A DNA stretch of 64,000 nt from Dudresnaya verticillata (taxonomy: Eukaryota): the NCBI GenBank assembly GCA_977862235.1, contig OZ374558.1, positions 1,612,001 through 1,676,000 of the forward strand, in the 5' to 3' direction. The notes beneath the pieces were generated by a model. The model was not told the origin of the DNA. It was given only the letters and a program-made list of their open reading frames with translations, and searched no databases. A program made the position numbers and the translations under genes. Shown in pieces: positions 9,101-20,589 of the stretch (positions within the stretch are counted from its first letter, which is position 1; every line of letters starts with the position of its first letter).

Positions 9101-10454
9101 CTTCCAGACGTATGGTGAAGACTACATGGAAACATACGCCCCAGTTGTGTCGTTCTCGCTGGTGCGCATGTTCCTATACTTGGTACTGTGTTTGAACCTG
9201 TTTGTTGCACAGCTAGACGTGAAGACGGCTTTCCTGAATGGTGATCTGGCAGAACACGTGTGGGTAATGTCACCGCGTGGGATTCCTGGAAGGGAATCTC
9301 TCTGTTACAAACTTCTGAAAGCTATGTATGGGCTAAAACAGGCTCACCTAGCTTGGCACACCAAGCTGTGTGGTGACCTTGCTAGGATGATGTTTGAGGA
9401 ATTGCCAAGTGCACCTTGCGTGTTTCGTCGCAAATCCAAGTCTTCTGGATACGCATACATCTTGGTGTACGTTGATGACTTGCTCATCCTCGCGCCCACA
9501 AAGGCGGAGAGAGACGCCATTGTTAAGGAGCTGCAGGGCCTCTACGATCTACGGCTGTCTGAAGGGGTTGACCTCTTCCTCGGAGTCGAGCTTGGATGGA
9601 AGCTAGACTCTGATGGCAGATTTGTGTCCCTCAAGATGACTCAACAGGTCTACACGGAAAGTGTTCTTCGTCGATTTGGACTTCAGAACTCTAAGCCGGC
9701 TTGTACGCCGATGGTTGAGTCTTTCTTCACTGGACTTGCCGCCGAAGAGGACAAGGCCGTCGTGTCGGTTGAGACGTACCAGCAGATGATCGGGTCACTT
9801 CTGTACTTGGGGCTTCGCACAAGGCTGGATATTTTGGCCTCTGTGCTTATCCTCGCACGGTTCCAGAAGGCTCCAACTGCGTACTGTCACCGTGGTGTAA
9901 AGAGGGTTCTGCGATATCTTCGAGGCACTCACAAGCATGGAGTTACGTACCAGTCCGGAACCACTCGTATCCAAGCTTATGTGGACGCTGACTATGCCGG
10001 TGACACCACAGACCGAAAATCTATGTCTGGTTACATGGTGAAACTGGGAGATGCAGTGTGTATTTGGGGATCCAAGAAGCAGTCAACTGTTGCTCTCTCA
10101 ACTTGCGAGTCGGAGTACTATGCAATGACTCTGGCTGCGAAAGAGACGGTTTGGGTCACGCGAGTGCTGAAGGAGGCCGATTTGAACGTCGAAGGCCCGG
10201 TTCCATTGAGATCAGACAACCAGTCTGCCATCAATTGGGCTACTGGAGAACGCTGTCCGTCTGGTCGTGCCAAGCACATCGACGTTCGTGTACACTTCAT
10301 TCGCGAACTTGTCGCCGACTCTGTTCTGGAAGTGGTGTATGTGCCGTCAGAAGACAACGACGCGGACTTGCTGACAAAGCCACTCGGGCCCACTTTGCTC
10401 AATAGGATTCTACCAAGGGTTGGACTTGGAGGAGCCATCGAGGAGGAGTGTTGA
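6132..10454 (+). CDS. gag-pol: Copia gag-pol polyprotein, 1440 aa (copy B)
   Basis: Gag (IPRFHG..YSLW; knuckle CDVCDKDGHTADRC), protease YADSGAT, HHCC plus DDE integrase, RT YVDD, RNase H. No stops. Confidence 0.98.
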   Translation: MTDTEAEMDTSSGVKIPRFHGRRGDDYSLWRHRLRAACRIKGVWNVVHTSNDTPSSSQSTGEASADTSILHARTLAKREKACGIIISALGDAPLRVVMEVDDDPKRMLELLDSRYASSRTVSRIAVQTKLFRMTYTGQNMSNYVDQYTSLFAQLDRMGNDSAIPETHKAPMLLASIDPSCHLESTAAALRTKDAAELTWDYVATTLIDEYNAKDSHGSNAGGRSSKSKSRRKKKKKSASSGSRQQHNPLDDNDDSDDSSDIESTVRALAVALKSAKQAHSTPNRHLHCDVCDKDGHTADRCYLNPENPNNKLPPKVRQMFTNQGKKGNANSAVAASGKNNGKSAKVEIAGASVEMTTVVPPNDQGTYADSGATVHCFHSMTSFVPSSVSRCEKRTVVLADKSSVTSDLCGDVILPFEHANIRLKKALFIPQMGYNLVSTGRLADKGIESHFRRLDVRLVLDSDGYYIGSGVRDASSGMYMLPEPEPHTSEEQVLAVPSTQQTTELWHRRLAHINFRDLAKVHEHVEGVPELGSTHEVCRACRLGKAHKQSFPGHFRPAKAVGDLVHSDIVGPIQISFPDRFRYATTFLDDKSRFLVVACMRSRRMLSAAFDQASAKFIELGGAEITKLHSDGAQEYLALQKDLGGVGDSGKSFSPPYTPELNGIAERVNRTMVEAALTLLIQADLPGCLWPFALKHVNYVRNRVPHSTVGATPYSVMTGDVPDLKHLRVFGCAAYVLRLPRGSKFESRALEGVHLETLEHGIYRILVTGGDGIPRVVESRHVTFDESKFPGAPSLLEYGQDEADSDEDYESNSEASICNSDSDDDVSLGNFEDEEDAIEVDTPSSPPLPPSEPSSFESDDTAEEENVSDSPPAGVSSDPERQQQSRYPRRQRRQTSKWFMASSAQAEQQVALTTGDEPTLREAMSATPEERGLWQSAIDDEFASLESKGTWVRDDSPGAQPLPTHAVLKVKRKSDGTVERFKARVVAGGNFQTYGEDYMETYAPVVSFSLVRMFLYLVLCLNLFVAQLDVKTAFLNGDLAEHVWVMSPRGIPGRESLCYKLLKAMYGLKQAHLAWHTKLCGDLARMMFEELPSAPCVFRRKSKSSGYAYILVYVDDLLILAPTKAERDAIVKELQGLYDLRLSEGVDLFLGVELGWKLDSDGRFVSLKMTQQVYTESVLRRFGLQNSKPACTPMVESFFTGLAAEEDKAVVSVETYQQMIGSLLYLGLRTRLDILASVLILARFQKAPTAYCHRGVKRVLRYLRGTHKHGVTYQSGTTRIQAYVDADYAGDTTDRKSMSGYMVKLGDAVCIWGSKKQSTVALSTCESEYYAMTLAAKETVWVTRVLKEADLNVEGPVPLRSDNQSAINWATGERCPSGRAKHIDVRVHFIRELVADSVLEVVYVPSEDNDADLLTKPLGPTLLNRILPRVGLGGAIEEEC
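10440..10448 (+). other. Polypurine tract of copia B
   Basis: GAGGAGGAG immediately before the 3' LTR TG. Confidence 0.85.
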
Positions 10455-11522
10455 GGACATGGTCGCTGGCGCCTCACGTCACGGGTCAGGCACCCCAGAT
10501 GGCACCCTGGCACGCTGTCACCAAACCTTCCGGAGACGACAGCCCTTTTTCCGGGCTTCCAAAATCACGGCGCATTTAGGCCTTTTGCAAAAGCAACGTG
10601 AAACGGGCTTCTGATTGGTTGTTACAAACCGCCTCCATGGTCTATATGGCTTACAAGTGTTGTGCTGGAATTGGCGGTTATAACAGGAACGGCCAAGTGG
10701 AACGATCTGATTGGACCACATGGATGCACGTGGTATGGCATGGAATGGTGTTGGTATGACTCGCACTGTACTCCACAAGTACACATGAACGTGCCATGCA
10801 ATGTGCTGATGGCGTCCGAGTTGGTACTGCAGGGACTTGCGCTACGTGGAGCCTGACTTGTGATATCAGCAGATGCAGTTGTTGTGCGGCCGACACGTTG
10901 GTTTACAGTTGGCACGTAGCTGTTGTGCGGCCGACACGTTGGTTTACAGTTGGCACGTAGCTGTCGTGCGGCCGACACGTTGGTTTACAGTTATCACGTA
11001 GCTGTCGTGCGGCCGACACGTTGGTTTACAGCTGCCACGTAGGCAAATCTGGGTGATTACGTGGTCAATGATCCAAGTTGGATATTCATGGACGGACTTG
11101 AGCTGGTAAGTGCGGCCACGTGGTGTGCAGTGTTGTCCGATAGCAGCCATGCGGGGACACTCGATACTTTCACGTTCCCGCCCAAAGTTGGAGTACATAT
11201 GGATGGCAGGAAATGCGGTCGCAAGAGGGATTGCTGATGTCAGCAGTTAGCAACACTGGTGTGCAAGTTCCCGCCCATTTTGGTGGCGGATGTGAGTGTG
11301 CTGAGAGCATGATTTGGTAGATTTAATTGCTTTACTTTTTCCCGCCCATTTGATGATAGGGACTTTGGGCGTATCTTTAATGATTTGTTTTGTTTGTGTT
11401 CACGCAGCAACTCATCCGAAAAGCTGATATAAGCCTTGTCGGATGGTCGACTGCAGTAAACGAAGTCAAGCGACTTCCATTTCTCATCTTGTTCAACTTC
11501 AACCTCTCCATATTCCTTTACA
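10449..11522 (+). repeat. 3' LTR of copia B (1074 bp)
   Basis: Near-identical to 4122-5195, followed by TSD ACTGG. Confidence 0.97.
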
Positions 11523-14500
11523 ACTGGCGGTGACGGTATACCTCGTGTGGTTGAGTCGCGGCATGTCACATTCGACGAGTCCAAATTCCCGGGTGCTCCA
11601 AGCCTGTTGGAATATGGGCAGGACGAGGCAGATTCGGATGAAGATTACGAGTCTAACTCAGAGGCCTCTATTTTCAACTCGGACTCTGATGACGATGTGT
11701 CGCTGGGTAACTTTGAGGATGAAGAGGATGCGATTGAAGTTGACACACCTTCTTCACCTCCACTACCTCCATCAGAACCCAGCTCATTCGAATCTGATGA
11801 CACGGCTGAGGAAGAAAACGTCTCTGACAGTCCTCCGGCTGGTGTGAGTTCAGATCCAGAACGCCAGCAACAGAGTCGATATCCTCGTCGCCAACGTCGC
11901 CAGACGTCGAAATGGTTTATGGCGAGCTCTGCACAAGCTGAACAACAGGTTGCCCTCACAACGGGAGATGAGCCCACTCTTCGAGAGGCCATGTCTGCCA
12001 CTCCGGAGGAGCGCGGGTTGTGGCAATCTGCCATTGATGATGAGTTCGCATCCTTGGAATCCAAAGGCACTTGGGTCCGTGATGACAGTCCCGGTGCACA
12101 GCCGCTTCCAACGCACGCCGTGCTGAAAGTTAAACGCAAGTCCGACGGGACGGTCGAGCGCTTCAAAGCGCGGGTCGTCGCTGGTGGAAACTTCCAGACG
12201 TATGGTGAAGACTACATGGAAACATACGCCCCAGTTGTGTCGTTCTCGCTGGTGCGCATGTTCCTATACTTGGTACTGTGTTTGAACCTGTTTGTTGCAC
12301 AGCTAGACGTGAAGACGGCTTTCCTGAATGGTGATCTGGCAGAACACGTGTGGGTAATGTCACCGCGTGGGATTCCTGGAAGGGAATCTCTCTGTTACAA
12401 ACTTCTGAAGGCTATGTATGGGCTAAAACAGGCTCACCTAGCTTGGCACACCAAGCTGTGTGGTGACCTTGCTAGGATGATGTTTGAGGAATTGCCAAGT
12501 GCACCTTGCGTGTTTCGTCGCAAATCCAAGTCTTCTGGATACGCATACATCTTGGTGTACGTTGATGACTTGCTCATCCTCGCGCCCACAAAGGCGGAGA
12601 GAGACGCCATTGTTAAGGAGCTGCAGGGCCTCTACGATCTACGGCTGTCTGAAGGGGTTGACCTCTTCCTCGGAGTCGAGCTTGGATGGAAGCTAGACTC
12701 TGATGGCAGATTTGTGTCCCTCAAGATGACTCAACAGGTCTACACGGAAAGTGTTCTTCGTCGATTTGGACTTCAGAACTCTAAGCCGGCTTGTACGCCG
12801 ATGGTTGAGTCTTTCTTCACTGGACTTGCCGCCGAAGAGGACAAGGCCGTCGTGTCGGTTGAGACGTACCAGCAGATGATCGGGTCACTTCTGTACTTGG
12901 GGCTTCGCACAAGGCTGGACATTTTGGCCTCTGTGCTTATCCTCGCACGGTTCCAGAAGGCTCCAACGGCGTACTGTCACCGTGGTGCAAAGAGGGTTCT
13001 ACGATATCTTCGAGGCACTCACAAGCATGGAGTTACGTACCAGTCCGGAACCACTCGTATCCAAGCTTATGTGGACGCTGACTATGCCGGTGACACCACA
13101 GACCGAAAATCTATGTCTGGTTACATGGTGAAACTGGGAGATGCAGTGTGTATTTGGGGATCCAAGAAGCAGTCAACTGTTGCTCTCTCAACTTGCGAGT
13201 CGGAGTACTATGCAATGACTCTGGCTGCGAAAGAGACGGTTTGGGTCACGCGAGTGCTGAAGGAGGCCGACTTGAACGTCGAAGGCCCGGTTCCATTGAG
13301 ATCAGACAACCAGTCTGCCATCAATTGGGCTACTGGAGAACGCTGTCCGTCTGGTCGTGCCAAGCACATCGACGTTCGTGTACACTTCATTCGCGAACTT
13401 GTCGCCGACTCTGTTCTGGAAGTGGTGTATGTGCCGTCAGAAGACAACGACGCGGACTTGCTGACAAAGCCACTCGGGCCCACTTTGCTCAATAGGATTC
13501 TACCAAGGGTTGGACTTGGAGGAGCCATCGAGGAGGAGTGTTGAGGACATGGTCGCTGGCGCCTCACGTCACGGGTCAGGTACCCCAGATGGTACTCTGG
13601 CACGCTGTCACCAAACCTTCCGGAGACGACAGCCCTTTTTCCGGGCTTCCAAAATCACGGCGCATTTAGGCCTTTTGCAAAAGCAACGTGAAACGGGCTT
13701 CTGATTGGTTGTTACAAACCGCCTCCATGGTCTATATGGCTTACAAGTGTTGTGCTGGAATTGGCGGTTAGAACAGGAACGGCCAAGTGGAACGATCTGA
13801 TTGGACCACATGGATGCACGTGGTATGGCATGGAATGGTACTGGTATGACGCGCACTGTACTCCACAAGTACACATGAACGTGCCATGCAATGTGCTGAT
13901 GGCGTCTGAGTTGGTACTGCAGGGACTTGCGCTACGTGGAGCCTGGCTTGTGATATCAGCAGATGCAGTTGTCGTGCGGCCGACACGTTGGTTTACAGTT
14001 GGCACGTAGCTGTCGTGCGGCCGACACGTTGGTTTACGGTTATCACGTAGCTGTCGTGCGGCCGACACGTTGGTTTACAGCTGCCACGTAGGCAAATCTG
14101 GGTGATTACGTGGTCAATGATCCAAGTTGGATATTCATGGACGGACTTGAGCTGGTAAGTGCGGCCACGTGGTGTGCAGTGTTGTCCGATAGCAGCCATG
14201 CGGGGACACTCGATACTTTCACGTTCCCGCCCAAAGTTGGAGTACATATGGATGGCAGGAAATGCGGTCGCAAGAGGGATTGCTGATGTCAGCAGTTAGC
14301 AACACTGGTGTGCAAGTTCCCGCCCATTTTGGTGGCGGATGTGAGTGTGCTGAGAGCATGATTTGGTAGATTTAATTGCTTTACTTTTTCCCGCCCATTT
14401 GATGATAGGGATTTTGGGCGTTTCTTTAATGATTTGTTTTGTTTGTGTTCACGCAGCAACTCATCCGAAAAGCTGATATAAGCCATGTCGGATGGTCGAC

Positions 14501-14571
14501 TGCAGTAAACGAAGTCAAGCGACTTCCATTTCTCATCTTGTTCAACTCAAACCTCTCCATATTCCTTTTCA
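11523..14571 (+). mobile_element. 3' part of copia C (interrupted pol to 13544 plus 3' LTR)
   Basis: Resumes exactly where 3963-4121 stopped. RT/RNaseH frame open. After its LTR, integrase DNA of copy D starts at TCGTG. Confidence 0.95.
13539..14571 (+). repeat. 3' LTR of copia C (1033 bp, three 41-bp repeats)
   Basis: TG..CA ends; one repeat unit shorter than the 1074-bp form. Confidence 0.95.
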
Positions 14572-17500
14572 TCGTGCACTTGAGGGGGTGCACTTGGAGA
14601 CTCTAGAGCATGGGATCTACAGGATATTGGTCACTGGCGGTGACGGTATACCTCGTGTGGTTGAGTCGCGGCATGTCACATTCGACGAGTCCAAATTCCC
14701 GGGTGCTCCAAGCCTGTTGGAATATGGGCACGACGAGGCAGATTCGGATGAAGATTACGAGTCTAACTCAGAGGCCTCTATTTTCAACTCGGACTCTGAT
14801 GACGATGTATCGCTGGGTAACTTTGAGGATGAAGAGGATGCGATTGAAGTTGACACACCTTCTTCACCTCCACTACCTCCATCAGAACCCAGCTCATTCG
14901 AATCTGATGACACGGCTGAGGAAGAAAACGTCTCTGACAGTCCTCCGGCTGGTGTGAGTTCAGATCCAGAACGCCGGCAACAGAGTCGATATCCTCGTCG
15001 CCAACGTCGCCAGACGTCGAAATGGTTTATGGCAAGCTCTGCACAAGCTGAACAACAGGTTGCCCTCACAACGGGAGATGAGCCCACTCTTCGAGAGGCC
15101 ATGTCTGCCACTCAGGAGGAGCGCGGATTGTGGCAATCTTCCATTGATGATGAGTTCGCATCCTTGGAATCTAAAGGCACTTGGGTCCGTGATGACAGTC
15201 CCGGTGCACAGCCGCTTCCAACGCACGCCGTGCTGAAAGTTAAACGCAAGTCCGACGGGACGGTCGAGCGCTTCAAAGCGCGGGTCGTCGCTGGTGGAAA
15301 CTTCCAGACATATGGTGAAGACTACATGGAAACATACGCCCCAGTTGTGTCGTTCTCGCTGGTGCGCATGTTCCTATACTTGGTACTGTGTTTGAACCTG
15401 TTTGTTGCACAGCTAGACGTGAAGACGGCTTTCCTGAATGGTGATCTGGCAGAAAACGTGTGGGTAATGTCACCACGTGGGATTCCTGGAAGGAAATCTC
15501 TCTGTTACAAACTTCTGAAGGCTATGTATGGGCTAAAACAGGCTCACCTAGCTTGGCACACCAAGCTGTGTGGTGACCTTGCTAGGATGATGTTTGAGGA
15601 ATTGCCAAGTGCACCTTGCGTGTTTCGTCGCAAATCCAAGTCTTCTGGATACGCATACATCTTGGTGTACGTTGATGACTTGCTCATCCTCGCGCCCACA
15701 AAGGCGGAGAGAGACGCCATTGTTAAGGAGCTGCAGGGCCTCTACGATCTACGGCTGTCTGAAGGGGTTGACCTCTTCCTCGGAGTCGAGCTTGGATGGA
15801 AGCTAGACTCTGATGGCAGATTTGTGTCCCTCAAGATGACTCAACAGGTCTACACGGAAAGTGTTCTTCGTCGATTTGGACTTCAGAACTCTAAGCCGGC
15901 TTGTACGCCGATGGTTGAGTCTTTCTTCACTGGACTTGCCGCCGAAGAGGACAAGGCCGTCGTGTCGGTTGAGACGTACCAGCAGATGATCGGGTCACTT
16001 CTGTACTTGGGGCTTCGCACAAGGCTGGACATTTTGGCCTCTGTGCTTATTCTCGCACGGTTCCAGAAGGCTCCAACTGCGTACTGTCACCGCGGTGCAA
16101 AGAGGGTTCTGCGATATCTCCGAGGCACTCACAAGCATGGAGTTACGTACCAGTCCGGAAGCACTCGTATCCAAGCTTATGTGGACGCTGACTATGCCGG
16201 TGACACCACAGACCGAAAATCTATGTCTGGTTACATGGTGAAACTGGGAGATGCAGTGTGTATTTGGGGATCCAAGAAGCAGTCAACTGTTGCTCTCTCA
16301 ACTTGCGAGTCGGAGTACTATGCAATGACTCTGGCTGCGAAAGAGACGGTTCGGGTCTCGCGAGTGCTGAAGGAGGCCGACTTGAACGTCGAAGGCCCCG
16401 TTCCATTGAGATCAGACAACCAGTCTGCCATCAATTGGGCTACTGGAGAACGCTGTCCGTCTGGTCGTGCCAAGCATATCGACGTTCGTGTTCACTTCAT
16501 TCGCGAACTTGTCGCCGACTCTCTTCTGGAAGTGGTGTATGTGCCGTCAGAAGACAACGACGCGGACTTGCTGACAAAGCCACTCGGGCCCACTTTGCTC
16601 AATAGGATTCTACCAAGGGTTGGACTTGGAGGAGCCATCGAGGAGGAGTGTTGAGGACATGGTCGCTGGCGCCTCACGTCACGGGTCAGGCACCCCAGAT
16701 GGCACCCTGGCACGCTGTCACCAAACCTTCCGACAGGCGACAGCCCTTTTTCCGGGCTTCCAAAATCACGGCGCATTTAGGCCTTTTGCAAAAGCAACGT
16801 GAAACGGGCTTCTGATTGGTTGTTACAAACCGCCTCCATGGTCTATATGGCTTACAAGTGTTGTGCTGGAATTGGCGGTTATAACAGGAACGGCCAAGTG
16901 GAACGATCTGATTGGACCACATGGATGCACGTGGTATGGCATGGAATGGTGTTGGTATGACTCGCACTGTACTCCACAAGTACACATGAACGTGCCATGC
17001 AATGTGCTGATGGCGTCCGAGTTGGTACTGCAGGGACTTGCGCTACGTGGAGCCTGACTTGTGATATCAGCAGATGCAGTTGTTGTGCGGCCGACACGTC
17101 GGTTTACAGTTGGCACGTAGCTGTCGTGCGGCCGACACGTTGGTTTACAGTTATCACGTAGCTGTCGTGCGGCCGATACGTTGGTTTACAGCTGCCACGT
17201 AGGCAAATCTGGGTGATTACGTGGTCAATGATCCAAGTTGGATATTCATGGACGGACTTGAGCTGGTAAGTGCGGCCACGTGGTGTGCAGTGTTGTCCGA
17301 CAGCAGCCATGCGGGGACACTCGATACTTTCACGTTCCCGCCCAAAGTTGGAGTACATATGGATGGCAGGAAATGCGGTCGCAAGAGGGATTGCTGATGT
17401 CAGCAGTTAGCAACACTGGTGTGCAAGTTCCCGCCCATTTTGGTGGCGGATGTGAGTGTGCTGAGAGCATGATTTGGTAGATTTAATTGCTTTACTTTTT

Positions 17501-17682
17501 CCCGCCCATTTGATGATAGGGATTTTGGGCGTTTCTTCAATGATTTGTTTTGTTTGTGTTCACGCAGCAACTCATCCGAAAAGCTGATATAAGCCATGTC
17601 GGATGGTCGACTGCAGTAAACGAAGTCAAGCGACTTCCATTTCTCATCTTGTTCAACTTCAACCTCTCCATATTCCTTTTCA
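14572..17682 (+). mobile_element. 3' part of copia D (interrupted pol to 16654 plus 3' LTR)
   Basis: Integrase C-terminus, RT, RNaseH and LTR. After the LTR the sequence continues inside another LTR at CTGGT. Confidence 0.95.
16649..17682 (+). repeat. 3' LTR of copia D (1034 bp, three 41-bp repeats)
   Basis: TG..CA ends. Confidence 0.95.
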
Positions 17683-17952
17683 CTGGTGTGCAGGTTCCCG
17701 CCCATTTTGGTGGCGGATGTGAGTGTGCTGAGAGTAGTATGATTTGGTAGATTTGATTGCTTTACTTTTCCCCGCCCATTTGATGATAGGGATTTTGGGC
17801 GTTTACTTAATGATTTGTTTTGTTTGTGTTCACGCAGCAACTCATCCGAAAAGCTGATATGAGCCATGTCGGATGGTCGACTGCAGTAAACGAAGTCAAG
17901 CGACTTCCATTTCTCATCTTGTTCAACTTCAACTTCTCCATATTCCTTTTCA
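17683..17952 (+). repeat. Distal 270 bp of an older copia LTR (copy E), interrupted by D and inserted in gypsy G1
   Basis: Diverged match to the LTR 3' end, finishing ..ttttca, followed by gypsy RNase H DNA (AGCTG..). Confidence 0.9.
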
Positions 17953-19597
17953 AGCTGATAAGCCGATGCATCCGTATCGAGGAGGTAGGGTCGGCCCGTC
18001 TTGGGCCGCCGAGGATAGGGGCGATGTGAGCTCCGCTCTGAGCGTCTCATATGCCTCGAGCGCGTCGGCGCTTGGATTATCGAAATCCACATCCGCGTCT
18101 TTGCGGGTCATGTTCGTCAGAGGACGCGCGATCTTCGCAAAGTTGCGCACGAAGCGGCGATAGACATTGCACGCTCCGAGGAACGACCTCACTTTCGTCA
18201 GGGAGGTCGGGAACTGCGCATGGCGGAAAGCGTCGCTGCTTGTCTGCGCCATGCGTAGCTTCCCCGGTTCGATGACGTGGCCTAGATAGCCAACACGCGA
18301 CTGAAAGAAGTGGCACTTCTTCAGTTCCAGGGATACTCCTCCCTTGTGCAACAGTGTCAGTACTTGGTCTAGATGACCAACGTGCTCCGCGATCGATCGC
18401 GAGAAAATGATCACATCGTCTAGATAGATCAGGCAGCACTGCCATCGGACTCCGCTGAGGGTGATGTCCAGTGCGCGCTGGAAAGTCGCGGGGGCGTTCT
18501 TCAGCCCGAAGGGCATTCCTAAGTAGCGAAACGTCCCTAAGAACGACGTGAACGTGGTCTTATCCCTGTCAGCCTCTGCGACAGGGATTTGCCAGTACCC
18601 CGCGTTGCATTCCAACGTCGAGAAGACGGCTGCGTCGCCTAGACTGTCGATGCAGTCGTCCATCCTCGGTAGAGGGTACGCATCACTTAGCGTTTCCGTG
18701 TTGAGACGTCGATAGTCCACGCAAAACCTAAGTGTGCCGTCCTTCTTGGGCGCCAGGACTACTGGCGATGCCCATTCCGAGGTGGCGGGTTCGATAAACC
18801 CTGCACGAAGCATGTTATCCACCTCCTCCTGCACCAGCTTGCGCATGGCAGGGCCAGGTCGGTAGGGCATGGAGCGTATGGGGCGAGTGCCCCGTTCCAC
18901 GTCGATGTGGTTTCGGGTGGCGGCAATAGTGCGCAGCCTCCCGTCCCACATGGACTGATGCTTCCTGAGCATGGAGAGGACCTCCTTGCGGGTCACCTCG
19001 TCTTCGGTAGACGAGAGATCGACCTGCGCCTCCCAGTCCTCGACGGACGGGTTGGCCTTCGCTGCGGCGGTAGCTGCGCCCTGCAGGGGCTGGGGGTCGG
19101 TGCCCTTCGCCGTCGACGGCGAGGTGGATGATCCGACGGCACCCTGGTTGACCGGGGGCCTCTGCCCCCGTGGTGGTAGGGTGGTGATGTTCATCACCCG
19201 CCCGAACTCCTCCGCGACTTTGCGGTCTGGAGTTATCAAGGCCACCGGGATCCTAACCACGTAGCCGACAACGGTACCCTTAAGCAGGGTCCGAGGCTTG
19301 TCGGTGAAGTTCCCGACGATGACCCCGAAGGGTCGCATTGACTCGACGTCGTGCACCCCGTTGGTAAGTCTCACGCCGTAGCGGAACTGCAACGAGGGTT
19401 TGGGTTCGGTGTGGATCAGCCCACTTGCTCCTGACGTCACGGAGACGAGCCTTCGGGAATAGGCTGGGAGCACCATCTGCCTAGAGAGGCGGATGGTGTG
19501 GGTGTCGGGATCCCAGTCGAGGAGCTCCCTCTGGTGCTTCCTCGACAAACCCGTCGACAGGTTCTTCGGCTTCGATGCCGGCTTGCGGTCTTCGGCA
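17953..19597 (-). pseudogene. pol: G1 pol: PR-RT spacer domain, RT, RNase H N-terminus
   Basis: WASPVVLAPKKDGTLRFCVDYRRLN, PFGLKNAPATFQR, YLDD. Frameshift near 18020, then YLLDTDASAYQL cut by copia E. Confidence 0.93.
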
Positions 19598-20589
19598 TAA
19601 AGAGGAATATGGAGAGGTGGAAGTTGAACAAGATGAGAAATGGAAGTCGCTTGACTTCGTTTACTGCAGTCGACCATCCGACAAGGCTTATATCAGCTTT
19701 TCGGATGAGTTGCTGCGTGAACACAAACAAAACAAATCATTAAAGAAACGCCCAAAATCCCTATCATCAAATGGGCGGGAAAAAGTAAAGCAATCAAATC
19801 TACCAAATCATACTCTCAGCACACTCACATCCGCCACCAAAATGGGTGGGAACTTGCACACCAGTGTTGCTAACTGCTGACATCAGAAATCCCTCTTGCG
19901 ACCGCATTTCCTGCCATCCATATGTACTCCAACTTTGGGCGGGAACTCGAAAGTATCGAGTGTCCCCGCATGGCTGCTGTCGGACAACACTGCACACCAC
20001 GTGGCCGCACTTACGAGCTGAAGTCCGTCCATGAATATCCAACTTGGATCACTGACCACGTAATCACCCAGATTTGCCTACGTGGCAGCTGTAAACCAAC
20101 GTGTCGGCCGTACGACAGCTACGTGCCAACTGTAAACCAACGTGTCGGCCGCACGACAACTGCATCTGCTGATATCACAAGCCAGGCTCCACTTAGCGCA
20201 AGTCCCTGCAGTACCAACAAAGACGCCATCAGCACATTGCATGGCACGTTCATATGTACTTGTGGAGTACAGTGCGCGTCATACCAGTACCATTCCATGC
20301 CATACCACGTGCATCCATATGGTCCAATCAGATCGTTCCACTTGGCCGTTCCTGTTATAACCGCCAATTCCAGCACAACACTTGTAACCCATATAGACCA
20401 TGGAGGCGGTTTGGAACAACCAATCAGAAGCCCGTTTCACGTTGCTTTTGCAAAAGGCCTAAATGCACCGTGATTTTGGAAGCCCGGAAAAAGGGCTGTC
20501 GTCTCCGGAAGGTTTGGTGACAGCGTGCCAGGGTGACATCTGGGGTGCCTGGCCCGTGACGCGAGGCGCCAGCGACCATGTCCTCAACA
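19598..20589 (-). mobile_element. Copia solo LTR 1 (992 bp, two repeats) in G1 pol
   Basis: Single LTR flanked by CGGCA/CGGTA (TSD with 1 mismatch). Terminus mutated. Confidence 0.93.

Larger units (their letters stand above)
4122..11522 (+). mobile_element. Full-length copia copy B (7401 bp) inserted in copia C
   Basis: Two LTRs, PBS, PPT, intact ORF. TSD ACTGG at 4117-4121 and 11523-11527. Confidence 0.98.

Noticed and set aside
17683..17952. Apparent tandem duplication of the LTR 3' end
   Set aside because: It carries older-subfamily variants and a 3-bp insertion absent from D's LTR, so insertion of D into an older LTR fits better.
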